From Podarcis bocagei (Eukaryota): a stretch of 64,000 nucleotides of DNA. Positions within the stretch are counted from its first letter, which is position 1. Each line of letters begins with the position of its first letter. The stretch lies in assembly GCA_964188305.1 (NCBI GenBank), contig OZ076885.1. One strand, 5' to 3'. Below the pieces are notes generated by a model. It was not told where the DNA came from, made no database searches, and saw only the letters and a list, made by a program, of their open reading frames with translations. Positions 1 to 13,700 of this stretch are shown in pieces. Both the position numbers and the translations under genes were made by a program.

Positions 1-1019
1 GCAAGCTAACAGTCTAAAATGCCTTTTTTAAATGCATTAACCTAGTGCAGTTATGAACAGAATGGTACAACACCAGTTGTAGCTCTGTGGGAAGAGAATT
101 CTAAAGTTGGGGTGTATGCTAAGGAAAGCATGCAGAGGAAAGGTCCACAACCAAAAATGTTAAGGCATTAAAGTGAATGACAGGTGACTTGAGCAGTAGT
201 TGACAGTAATCTTTGATAATAACTGTATGTGACAGCAAAATGGCCATTGAATTTGAAATTAGAGAGTTCTATGAATGGGTACCTCAGTAGTGCATGGAAG
301 GTTGTATGAATTACAGTTAGGGCATGGGGAAGCAGTTTGAAGAAACAGCTGCATGATTATGTACGAAGTGAGAAGGACGAATTAGCAAATGAAGCTGTAT
401 TGAGGAGCAAAGGCCCACAAAATTCCTTGAACCACACTATAGAACTATTGTGTTTTAGTGCTGTCTTGGTGAAATACAGGGCTAGGTCAACAGGAAGCTA
501 TGCATCTAACCATGGAGCTCAGTAGCCTCACACAATTATGTTCCCAATGTGTCTATCCCTGCCTCCTAGCAACTCCTCCAGCTGTTTGTGCCTTTTGGCA
601 CTAGGTTCATTCCCAATCTTGTATAGTTATTCAAATATTCCCCGTTCTGGCTTTTTGAAGGGGGAGAAGATTAAAGTGATGTTGAATCTCATAGTTGTAT
701 TTTGTGTTTGTCTGGTGCAGTATTAAAATAGTTTGATTGAGATGTTTTAGTTTGATTGTGCTGTATACCTTCCTGGACTTCCAGAAGAGGAAGGGCAACC
801 TACAGCTTTTCCTCCTTGTGTACCACTGCATACTGGTGTGCACTGCATGCTCTTTGTATGCTTGCAAAATCTAAGGCATATAGAAATACAGGTAGCACAT
901 ATATCTGACTCTTGAGATTTGCTTATTGGTGCCATTGCCTTTCCACCATGCAAATACTGGGTTAATTGTACTCTGTAAACCTATAATTCCTGTATGAATT
1001 TACTTGTTTTCTTTTGCAG

Positions 1020-4000
1020 GGCTACGTCAGGTGGAACCTTGGAATTGGTAGAGGAATCCCTTGATATAAACCTTTTGAACAATGCTGTTCAGCTCAAATT
1101 TCAGAATTGTAGCCTCTTACCTGGAGGAGTACATATATTTGAGACCCAGAATAATGTTGTTATCTTGATTTCAACCAATCAGACAGTACATAGGTTGATT
1201 TTACCACACCCCACTCGGATGTATAGGAGTGTAAGTAACCTTTTTTCAAAAATTCTAAGAGTGTGAATTAACAATTAACAAGCAAATTTTTAATACACAG
1301 ACAAAGCTATCATTTTGGATTGTGACTGCATATACTGTATAACATGTTCAGTTCAGGTAATACACCAAACTATGATTTGGAGTGTCAGAAACAAGCCCCA
1401 GGCTTGTCTCTCACCTTGTGTTTAGATTCTTTCTTATTTAGTGTTAATCATAGATGATTATGATGTCTGAACTGGAAAACTATGGCTAACCCTTGAACCA
1501 AACTCATTCATAGTGTAAGGGTTGATTCTGGTTTGAAGGGCGATCACTAACTGCAGGCTGCTGATTTGGACATATGGTTTTATAGATTCTGAACTGACCC
1601 TTTCTGGGAATGGGCTGTGAAATATTCTGTAATTTATTTATTTTTGTAATTATTATTTTTTTGGCCACATGTTTGGTTGCATTTTTTATATAGAAAATTA
1701 AAGAAAATCTAATTTTCAAATGTTTTTATTGTTGCAAATTCATGTTGAACAATTTGCTGGGTAAAATTTTGGTATGAAGCAAAACATATAGATATTGCAA
1801 AGTAATCTTGTCTAAGATAAAATGCACTGAGAAGGGTCATTGACAGAGCCCTTGTTGGCATGCACCAGGTCTTGGCTTAAATCCCTGGTGTCTCCCATTA
1901 AAAGAATTACAGGAGCAGATCATGTAAAAGTCCTGTTCCTGAGATCTTAGAGAGCCACCAAAATACACAATACTGGATTAGCTAAACAAACAGTCTGACA
2001 TGGTATAAGGCAGCTTCCTATGTTCCTTTGATTGCTCTAAAGAAACTGCTTTTGTCTAATGTTTCCTTTGATACCATTTTTCAGACACTTCTAGGTCATA
2101 TGTTACAAGAGGAATTTAAATAGAAAAGACATTTCCTAGTTGACTTTTCCATGTTCATACTTCAAATTTATATTTCTTATTGATAACTGAGCTTATTGGG
2201 GATTTTCTTAATAGGAGCTGATCACAGAAAGTCATGTACAGTCAGTTTTCACAGATGTTGGAAAAGTTCATTTAAGAGATCCTTTTAACTATTGCGTGAT
2301 TCCTGCAATCCCTGGTCTGTCAACTCATTCCACTGCTTCAGCAGCTTGGCTTACCAGTGATGGAGGAGCACTTTTTGCTTTGCCATCTGCATCTGGTGGG
2401 ATTTTTGTCCTTAATCTGCCACCTCACAATACTCATGGTAAGTATAGAAGCTGATCTAGATAATTTATTTAAAGTTGCTTTGCTTTTCAGTTATAAATCT
2501 CATAAACTGCACATCGAATAAGAATTTAAAGCAGGTTTAAAATATTTTCTAATGTGCATAAGGCAATTGACTCCCCATATCCGCAAAACTGTTCTAATTG
2601 AGAAGTGTGTGCTGTACTAATTGATTAAACTAAGGGAACAAAGACAGCAGCAGAACCTGCTTTTGCAATTTTGGACACCGTCAATTAATGTCTCAAATCA
2701 GTAGTCATTTTGTCTTGAATGTTTCCACATGGGACTTCTGAAAGATTATTCATCTGATTTAGTTACTGTTGTGTGCCATATATGTATGCATTATTAATAA
2801 ATCATTTTTGTTTTGTTTTTAGGAATGGTTTCAACTCTAGTCGTGGAGTTGAAACAGAGTTCAGTCATGCAGCGCTTGCTTACAGGTTGGATGCCAACAG
2901 CTATCAGGCTAGTATTTTGATGGCAAACAGAGCTCTTGAAGTCTCTACAGTAGCCAGTGGCATAGTTGGAACAAGCTTGAATGAGCACTCTGCCTGTTAT
3001 TCATTGGAGGATATTTCTTTTCAGCAACCAAATGAGCTAACTAAAATCTATTGTACCTAGATTTTCAGCCAGGTCTTAGTCGTTTAGTCATGTCCGACTC
3101 TTCGTGACCCCATGGACCAGAGCACGCCAGGCACTTCTGTCTTCCACTGCCTCCCGCAGTTTGGTCAAACTCATGCTGGTAGCTTCGAGAACACTGTCCA
3201 ACCATCTCGTCCTCTGTCGTCCCCTTCTCCTTGTGCCCTCCATCTTTCCCAACATCAGGGTCTTTTCTAGGGAGTCTTCTCTTCTCATGAGGTGGCCAAA
3301 GTATTGGAGCCTCAGCTTCACAATCTGTCCTTCCAGTGAGCACTCAGGGCTGATTTCCTTAAGAATGGATAGGTTTGTTCTTCTTGCAGTCCATGGGACT
3401 CTCAAGAGTCTCCTCCAGTACCATAATTCAAAAGCATCAATTCTTTGGCGATCAGCCTTCTTTATGGTCCAGCTCTCAGCCAGGTCTAGAAGTGTAATTA
3501 ATTCTTGGAAGTGTAATGTGCTTTTTTCTTAGGTGGCTCTCTTTTCTAAACAAGCATATTAAGTTAATCTTGAAATTGCTCCTGTCGTCTCAGATCTGGA
3601 CAAAGCAAAATGAATGAACATGTTTTGAGGGAATAGGAACCTGCAGAAGACAGTCAGCCTTTTCTTTTTCATATGAAGGCCAGGGATGCTGTTGGATTCA
3701 GTACTTCAGCTACAATTGCATGTAGCAGAGGTATTCCAAATCTGCCCATAGTCCAGGTTAGAAAGTGTGTACGTTTGACTGTTTTTCACAGTTCCCTACT
3801 TTTTAGTAAGAAGGTTGCATCCTTTTTATTTCCAGACATGATGGCTATTGTTCAGAGAGCCTGTGTGGCTAGTGTTAGGTTTGGAAGTAAGAAATTCTCT
3901 ACTCAGCCAGGTGACTCAGCAGGTGGTCATCATTATCTCTTAGCCTAACCTATCATAGAGAAGAGTTGTGAAGAGATAATTCTGATACACTGAGGAAGTG

Positions 4001-7000
4001 TGGAACGGAAATCTGACAAATTCATGCCCTCAAACTTTGGAGGCTAAATGGCTGCATTGTGATTGATGGTTGCTTGGAATATTTAGAAGAGTAAACGTCG
4101 TAACTTTTATCTTGAAAGGGGTATGGTTTTATATGCAAAGGTAATGCTTCACCATAAACCAGGAATGGCGAACCTAATCTGACTGATGGGCCAGATTCCT
4201 ATCTCCTCTATACCTCATGGGACATGTTTGACAAGGTGGGTGGTGGTATCCACCTCTCAATCGTATGATGTCACCATGACATCAGGTGAAGATTTGGCTC
4301 TTCTAACTTTTAAATTCTTGTAAATTCTGTGCTTTTTTGTTTATAATATATATAATTTAGTTTAAATCTTTTCCAGAGGAGACCAAGGTCCTTCAGAGCT
4401 TCCTGTTAGCTTGTCTGTCCACTGTCGTGAGCATGATGCCCTCCTCTTTGCACTCTACCAGGATCATAAACTTCGAATGTGGTCTTACAAAGTGAGTGTG
4501 AAATGCTAATTTCTGATAGAATACTGTTGTCATTGCTGATGGTTGATTATTCATATAACTAATGATACTTTCCAAATGTTGGTTTTCGGCAACATGTCCC
4601 TTTGAATATGCAAGCTATATTAATTACCTTTTCTGTGGTCTGTTGTGAACATGCACAACCTTCAGATCTGTATCTTTACTGTAAAGGAACACACGGTAAA
4701 GTATCTGTCTAGTATATCAAGCTGCTGTTTTGGCAGGCATGTTTAAAGCATTTGTCCCATTTGCAGATTGTGTTACTTATCTGGCTTCTTATCTTGGCAG
4801 GATCAAATGTGCCTGATGGTGGCTGATATGTTGGAATTTGTGCCTGTAAGTAAGGACCTAAGACTTGCTGCTGGGACTGGACACAGATTACAGCTGTCTT
4901 ATTCTGAGACCCTGGGGCTTTACATTGGTGTATACTTGCATGCACCCAAACAAGGACAGGTACTTGAATTGTCTTATATTCGTAGAATTTTAATTTGCTG
5001 TTAAGTTGAGAGTCAGGGAGCTACTAGTATGACCCATCAGTTTCAGAGTTTATGTGGATAAGAAAAGTTTTCTTCAATAATTTTAAACATGTTTTGTCCA
5101 GTCCTGGAAGTTTACAAAATGACATAGTTTTTGATCCTGGATTAAAAGATCTTGCTGACAATTTCAAATGTCTTTTGCTTTAAAAACTGGGAAATAATAG
5201 CTCCTTGATAAGATGTATTTTGATGAAGTGCTTTCAGAAGGACTTATCAAATATATTGTTCCAGGGAAGAACAATTTCTCATTTCCTTCTATGGCATATA
5301 ATTCATTGGTGTAGTTTTTTTTGGGGGAAACGTGGAGACTATTTTTTGGAGATGCAGCATACAGGATTGGTGCATTTCCTGTCTTGAGTCCCAAACCCAA
5401 TTTTCTGTATCAGTTTTCTTAGATCGCCAAGCTTTGCAAACAAGAAAGTAAGGTGAAGAAGGCTAGAGAAAAAAGGAAATGGAAAGCACTATGTAGGTGT
5501 CTGCAGAGGACAAAATTACACTTTACATAAAGGGGTACTATGTCTCCTATGCCTTGGGCATGGAAGCATTCCATTTCAAATGCACCTGTGATATCTCCAT
5601 AGGGAACCTATTGCTCCTCCTCAGAAAGAGAAAGTCTGAAAAGTGAATTAATTGCTAAGGACGTCCTCTTCTCTACAAGTGCTAAAACAACCAACTTAAA
5701 TAGCATCTGTTCAACTTGATTTTCACAGTCTAGTGCCATTACTACATCCTGAATGGTTACTGGGTATTATAATTAGAGAACTGGAATATAAGGATTGTCT
5801 AAAATAGTTTACAGTTTTATTTTCACTAATGACGGAATCATTTTTTTTTTTTGCAGTTCTGTGTCTTCCAGTTGGTCAGCACAGAGAGTCAGCGCTATAG
5901 TCTTGATCACATATCATCACTGTTCACTTCTCAGGTGGGAATGAATAAGATTTACATTAAAATGAATGTGTCTGGCAAGAAACATCCACTCTGCACTGAT
6001 AGGGGTCAGTAGAGTACTGTCTTCCATTCCATCTTCCATTCTATATGAGATTAAGCAACATGATGTGATGTTGGAGAGAAAGGGATGTGTGTACCTGCCT
6101 CCTTTATAGTCAGTTACTTCTGATTCATGGGATCTTCTGTGTGTAGCCCCAGTATTTGTCTGCTAGGAATAAATTAAAAAATACTAGTTTTTATAGATTC
6201 AACAAAATATAAGTTCTCTCCATTGTACTGTTATTATTTAGTTTCATTCTCTTGAGTACATTTAGGTTTGAAAATCATATTCATTGTTATAATCCACTCG
6301 CTGTGGTATGTTTTTAACTTAGGAGACCCTTGTTGACTTTTCCTTAACTACTGCTGAGATCTGGGCACTCTGGCATGATGATGAAAATAGAACCACTGTG
6401 AAATACATCAATTTTGAGCAGTAAGTTTTGTCCACCTGTAGTGTAACCATGAGCAGTAAATTGGGTGAGGAAAAAGTTACTTTAAGCCCTGAATCCAAAT
6501 TAAAAAGGAGATTCTCTCAACACTAAGAGATGGCAGAAGGATACTTCAAAGAAAATAACTATAGCCTATGCTGGCACTTCTAACAAGGATTTGATACCTA
6601 TTGATGAAGCATAAGGCGTTTCTGGATGGCTAAGTAGGTTGACAAAAGATCAGGGGAGCCATGTTTATAATACTTAGGATGGGCTGTGAGCAGCATGCAG
6701 GCTTGCTCAAGCAGTTAGTTTCATGCTTCACACCTGTTTAAGCTAAGAGGTGGCGACACAAGGTGAAAATTGAAAAGGAGATTTCTCTGTCTTCTGGTAG
6801 ACTTGACATGTCACAGGAGCTCTTAGACTATTTGTTGAAACAGCCAGCAATTATATGTGTCAGCCATCTTGGAGAAATGGACAGAAGCTACATTGTCTGG
6901 GGATGTTGTGGTTTTGAAGGGTCATACACTGGACTGGCAGGGCCAGCATCACAGAAACAGGAAGACTTCCCTCCATTTTGTAGGTGGGAGGAAAATGACT

Positions 7001-7675
7001 GCATTTGGAAAGCTGCAGAGCTGCTGAAATACAGTCCCTTAGATATCCCACTTGGCATTGAGGGGAGGGGACGATGATAGTCTCTGTGTGTGCATACACA
7101 CATGTCCATGTAGGGGAAACCCACGTCAACAAACTTTCATCTGTTTTTAGTTTATAATTGTAGGTTTGTGGTGTCATGGGTCAAAAATATGGAAGATGTT
7201 GGTTATATTTAATTGTTCATAGTTATATATATTTATTTATTCTACTTGGAAGTAATCTTTTTTGAACTATAAATGTAAAGTTGGCTAAAATGGTCCAGTC
7301 TTGTTTTAGCAATGTTGCAGGTCAGTGGAACCAAGTCTCTGTGCAGCCCCTGCCACCTGAAGAAGTGGATATTAGAGATGACCAGGACCCAAGGGTGAGT
7401 TCTTCAGATTAATCAATTATGAATTTGAATGGCAAAACACAGATGAGTAGCACTTGTATGAATCCCTAAAAGTATGAACATTGCGTATATATGGGGAAAA
7501 ACAAATCTGTGTGCTCAGTTGCTAAGAAGGAAGACCAGTGAAATGATGGATCTTTGAAAGAAGGCATTCTCCTTTTTTAAAAAAAAAATTGTTAGATTAG
7601 TAGTGTCAAATATGCATTTTGTTTGGTCTGAAGTGCAAGACTCTTGGCTTTGACTAATTGATGTGTAAACTTTGT

Positions 7676-7733
<58 letters not shown>

Positions 7734-10730
7734 ATATTACTCTTGGTGCTTCTTGTGTCCCAAAGTGTCTGAAAGCAAGATTCCTTTGGCCACCAGAAGC
7801 ATGCCTTGTTTTTTTAAGTTCTTTTTTGTTGTTGTTGTTCAAAACTTTGTATTTCAGAAATGAACAGTGCATCAATTTCTACACTTCATTTTACTCTTAG
7901 TTTCAAGGTTGATTTCTTTCTTTCAAGGTTTAGGCAGTATGTGTGGACCTCTAATGTATTAACAATTTCACATAGTTAATATATAGTGCACATTGGAAAT
8001 TGTCATATAAACTGAAGTTGAGCAGTTGCTAGAACATAGTCATGGGACAATATTTGGACGTAGCTGTTAGTGGAAGGGAATAAAATGAATCACATGATCT
8101 GCTTGGGAAATAATTAATTATGCTGACTCTTACAGGAAACATTTACAGAGGCCATCTTCATGCCTGGACAGTTCACAAATGCGGCTTTGCTTAAAGCTTT
8201 ACAGGTGAGCAGGAACATCATCATTTGTTGTGGAGTTTCTGGAAAACCATTACAACTTACACTAACAAGTCAGTTGCACAAAATGGCAAGATTGGCATTT
8301 GAGGCAGAAGGGCAGAGCACTCCTCTGCTCTGCTCTGCCAGTTCATAGCTACAGTGGCCTACTGTCATCAGTCATCTACATAGAACATTCTTTTTGACAC
8401 TGCTTGGCATGCTGTTAGAATTCAAGTGTGAGATTTGGTAAGCCCTGGCACTATGTGCATTTAGGTTTAAGGGTGAGAAACATTTTTTAATTTTCCCTTA
8501 GATATTTTCTCAAAGAGCTGAGCACCTCACAGACCTGTCCTGGGATGAGCTGAAAAAAGAAATTACTATAGCTCTGGAAAATGAGGTAAGAGTTCCGTTT
8601 AGTCTTTGCCCCTCTTGTTGCTTCAACAGGATTACATTCATTCTTGGATTCTTATTTCATTGGTTCTTTGTAATAATTGTGCTTATATTTATGTGTTTGT
8701 TTTAAGATAGGTCAAACAATGCTCTACTGTTGTAATGTTAGTTTTTAGGGTGGTATCCAATCCAATGAAGTACTTCTGCTAGGGTTAGGTTTTCCATGTG
8801 TGTCTTCCTAGAACAAATAATGGGGGCACATGGGGAGAGGAGAGGGAGGAAATTACCTTTTAGCAGTCAACATCCTTGATTTAGCAGAACTGTTCATTTG
8901 GATAGCTAACCTTCGGTCTGTGTTTTTGTTCTTGTTTTCCAGTTCCAAGGAAATGTGACTGAGTATGAATTCTCACAAGAAGTATTTAGACAGCTGCAAA
9001 TAGAATTTTGGTCAAAATTCTATGCTTACTGTGTTCAGTACCAAGAAGAACTCTCACGCCCACTTGCACTTCTCTTGAATCAATGCACTAGCATGGTGTG
9101 CCTGCTTAAAAAGGTGAGAATCAGGTTAGAAAGAGGCAAATTTCAGATATTTCTTTCATAGAGCAAAATGGGCCTGTCCAACTCTGGCAGGCAATGACCC
9201 TAACTATTGTGGACTTAAGTTTCAAGAGCTCTCAGTAGTGTGTAATTATAATTTTATGCAATAAATGTGGCAGATATAAATTTATATGGTTTACTTGTTT
9301 TACATGGGACTTTTTCCTGAGCAAATGTTGGTTAGAAATTCAGATGGTCCGTACTTTCAATAAGGATCTGAAAATCACGGAAGCTGCTAAAAGATAGCTA
9401 GTTTGAGCTTTTCCTAAATTACAGTACACTATTTTGCCCTTGTATCTTTGAATATTTATGATGCTGAGAATGTGGACTACTCTATGGGCATTTCCCCCCT
9501 TCAGAATGTTGCTTTGAGCTTTCCATGTAAGTAAATCATCTTTTTGTGGTGTTTGAAAACTAAATGATGAGTGTATCTTCTCCCCACACAGGGATACCTG
9601 TCTTTTCTTGTGCCCTGCTCCGTAATGGATCACCTTTACCTTTCGCTTGATGAACAACTGGTGAATGAAGTTGAGAGCACTGGCTTAGATGGTAAGAGAG
9701 AGTGAGCGCACGAACCCACTATAAGATGTTGTCGGCAGAGCAGAATTTAGAACATAGTCTTTACATTTTTTTTAAGTGTTTTATTTTTCTGATAAATAGC
9801 CAGGATCCAGAAAGCCACTCACATCAGGCTTGCACTACTGCAGTGGAACTTCCAAGTTCTCAAAGCAAAACTTTACTTACATGGAAAATAAACTGCTTTG
9901 GTAACCCTGCTCTGTTTTAAAAGCAATTTACCATGTTAGCATGTGGAGCTTTTGCTCAAGAAGTGTAAGCATAAAGGGTCTCTGGGCTCATAGATCTAAT
10001 TTCTCACCTCTGGATTCCTGCCCATGTTGGTTATTTTCAGTTAGTCATATCCTAGCAGATAACAATAACCTTGGTGCATCTCTCTCCAAGAACTTTTAAG
10101 GAATCAGTTCATGATCACTTTCCTAGAAGCACTTGCCTCATGTCAGCGGGTAAATGGATAAATTGAAAGACTGGATTGAGAGTTTTAAATCTATTGATGT
10201 TTCAAAATCATGCACTGTGGGAGAGTAACATAACTAGAGAGCAACATAACTAGGGAATTTCATTCTTGGTACTTCTTAGGTGTCCTGTTGACTTTAGTAA
10301 GCACTAATGAAGTGATTTTTTTGTGTTTTGCCCATGGATAGAATGTGCAAGCAAGAAGAAAGTATATTCTTAACTGGTTTTATCCCTGCTTTTCCAGCAT
10401 AGTTGGCTTTTTTATTGTGATTAAAATATATATATACACACACACTCTGAAATAAGTTCTAAACACCACCTTTTCATTGTAGAATCTGAATTTTCTCATG
10501 ATCTTGTGAGTCTTGTTCAGTGCCTTCGGTTAATTGGTGAATCAATTTCTGTGGAGATGGCACTAACAATGGAAATGGCTTGCTGCCGTTCCCAGCCGCC
10601 AGAGAGAGCTGCAGGACAGATCCTTCATGACTTGATTGCTAATGACACGTAAGCATGCGCTATGAGCAAAGTAGGCCATTGATAAAAAATGATTTTCTCA
10701 CTCCCTCTACAGTATTTAGCTGATTGGATA

Positions 10731-10794
<64 letters not shown>

Positions 10795-13700
10795 CTAGCC
10801 ACAAAGTTCTAGTAGCTGTAGTTCTCAGAAAATTGGGCTCACTATTCCTTCCCCTCAGAGGGCAGAGGCAGCACAGTTGATAACCCTTCCTGTGGAGAAA
10901 TGTCCTTCCAGATTTTAGGCCCTGCCTTCTTCAAGAGAGCAGTGTTACACACCAAGGCCTAAGTTATTTTTCTGTCAGAGCTGAGAGATTCAGCCTTCAA
11001 TTTCATTGTTAAAAATGTCCTCAATCTCACTGTTCCCCTCAGACAGGTAAAACACTGTATATCTCCAGCTGAGGCCCAAGACAGTTTGAACCAAGGCCAC
11101 ACTACAAGCAAAATCCCTAGGGTCCCTGTGCTTAAAAAGTAGCCATATAAATTCAAACGTTGTACAGTGTTTTTGTTACTTCATTTTTCTATTAAGAGTT
11201 TTTATATACTGCCTATTACAATCTGTCTCAAGGTAGTGTACAAATTACAGTCAGCTGATTGCAATAGTTTGTTCCAGATTACTTGTATCTTACAATTTCA
11301 TGTTCCTCAACCCGAGGGTGTCATAGCCCATGAGACAGTGTGTGGAAAAATTAGTTGTAGGGTGCCACATATAATTCTTAATAGGGTGGATAGTGTGTCT
11401 TCTGTATCATGTTTACTCCCTCATAACTGAATAAATTATCAATATATTTTATGAAGCCTAACACATTTTTCTGGTTTCCTTGAAGAGAGAATCTAATAGA
11501 GGATATTCACAGTAAATTGCAAGAGATCAAAAACCCAATTGATGCTATTGGGGTGCTTATCCGGGAAATGGACTATGAGACAGATGCAGAAATGGAAAGA
11601 GGACTCAATATTGGTGAGAGAACAGTGGCTCTACTCTCCCTCCCCCCTAACATTTTGATTCAATGAAAGCTGCTTATGTCAGTAGATACATATATTTTTG
11701 CCTTTTACCTTTCTTTCTATAGTCCAACCCCTAAATGTGCGCATGCATCTCTCACAGCTCTATGGTAGTAGCACAACAGTAAACATGGTGTGTCGGTGTG
11801 TGTACAAGATGTCCATGACTCGCTTTTTGCTTTGTCGGGACTTGTTGATTTTACAGCAGCTCTTGCTACGGCTTGGAGATACTGTGAGTATATTGGAACA
11901 AAGTTGACTGTATGACCTCAAGCAGTACAATTCTTACATCATTAACTGAACAGCATGCTTTTTTTTTGCCAGAGAAAATGGGTGTTGAATAATAATGGAA
12001 TGGTTACAGTGGTTGCTGAATGGACATTACCGTTTAGCTGTCAGGGTGCACTGTGTTGCTGACGCAACTTTCTTGGCAGCCAGGAAAGAACTTGGGGGCC
12101 AAAACGTATCTTGTCACAGAGCAGCATGTCTGAATCCAAGCCATTATTTTTATTAACAAGAAGGAGCTTCAACTTAAGATCAGATAGTCATGTCATGTTT
12201 CCAACACCAGCTGCTTACTTCAGTTAGATAGGCTCTGGGTTGATTTTCCTTCAGTCCCATTCAACCCACTTAAAATAGCACTCCTGTCTTTGGCTATCTT
12301 GCTTTCAATATTTGTTGGCTTCATTCCTCTCCTTTCTAGCAACTGCTTAGGGACAGTTGAAGATATTGCTATAGCAAAATCAAAATGGGGTATAAATGTC
12401 TATATGTTGAAGGGGAGGATAATACCACAAGGATTTTTGCATCTTTTCTGAATAATGTAAAACTACTTGGCCATTGACAGCTATTGAACAACAACTAATA
12501 CTTACGTTGTGTTTTTAGGTATTGGGCGGAGGCCAGCTATACCACACTCAACAGAACTTGCTGCATCGCACATCTCATTTGATATTATCATATTACCTGA
12601 TCAGGTGGGCAAGCCAACGCTTGGCATCAGATGTTCCAGTTGATGAACTGTAAGTTCTTTACCTATAGTTTGTAATTAATATGATGGATGAAGTAGGCGT
12701 GGCCATTCTCTTTTCCTATAGCGAAAAATAGGCATTTTGTTTGATAATGGCAAGCAGCTAATTTGGACAGGTTCTGCTCAGGACTTTTCTGTCTGACAAG
12801 TATTTTTTCTTGGTTTCTTCAGGGAATGTAACCTACAGCATCTTTCTGTATTAAAACTGACAGATTCTACAGCTATAACACCACTCAAGCTAGGTAAGAA
12901 ATTAAAAGCTTTTTGTCTCTTTTTGGTTGTAAGTATGTTCAGTGACAATACAAGGCTTTGCTAAAAGATTAATCATGTTTATAGACATCAGTTCTCCAGT
13001 GCTCAGATTAAAATACTTTAAAGCAAGATAGTGCTGAAATCATTGCTCAGAGAACCTAAACTGCTATAGCTCAGGGGCCATTTTTAACATTAACCCAGCC
13101 ACCTTTACCAGCAATCATTAGGCTAGATTTTTATTTTAAAATTGTTGGAATTTTCCAAAATTTAAGTATCCTACGTGCCGCATTTCCTATGCCTAGATTT
13201 TTCAAACTCGAAAGTTATATAGATAGCTAGAAAATCTGGTCTTTACCTGTTAAAACAGTTGGTGTTGTGTCTAAAAATGCAAAGTACATCTTAAGTAAGC
13301 AAAATCTAAAAATAGGCATTTAAGTTTACAGCCTTTCTTCCCTGCATCCCACTTGGATTTATTAGACGCGGAATATAGAAGTTAGTATTAGGGAAACCAT
13401 TAAATTGAAGAGTCATGTACAAAACATGTTTATGGCATTTTCTCATTGTTTAGAGATATTGATGCAGACACCATCTTTTAATCTGTTTTAGTGTCCAGCC
13501 CTCAAACTATCGTGGAGCTGTTCTTTCAGGAGGTAGCCCGAAAACACATAATATCTCAACTGTTTCCACCTAACGCAGCCTTGGATGAGTCAAGTTTGAG
13601 TTGGCCTCAAATGTTTTCTGCAATTTCAAGTTATCTCCTGCAGTTCTTGTATCCTTCAGTTGCAGCTTCTGCTTGAAACGGTGGACAGGAGCCACGCTTT

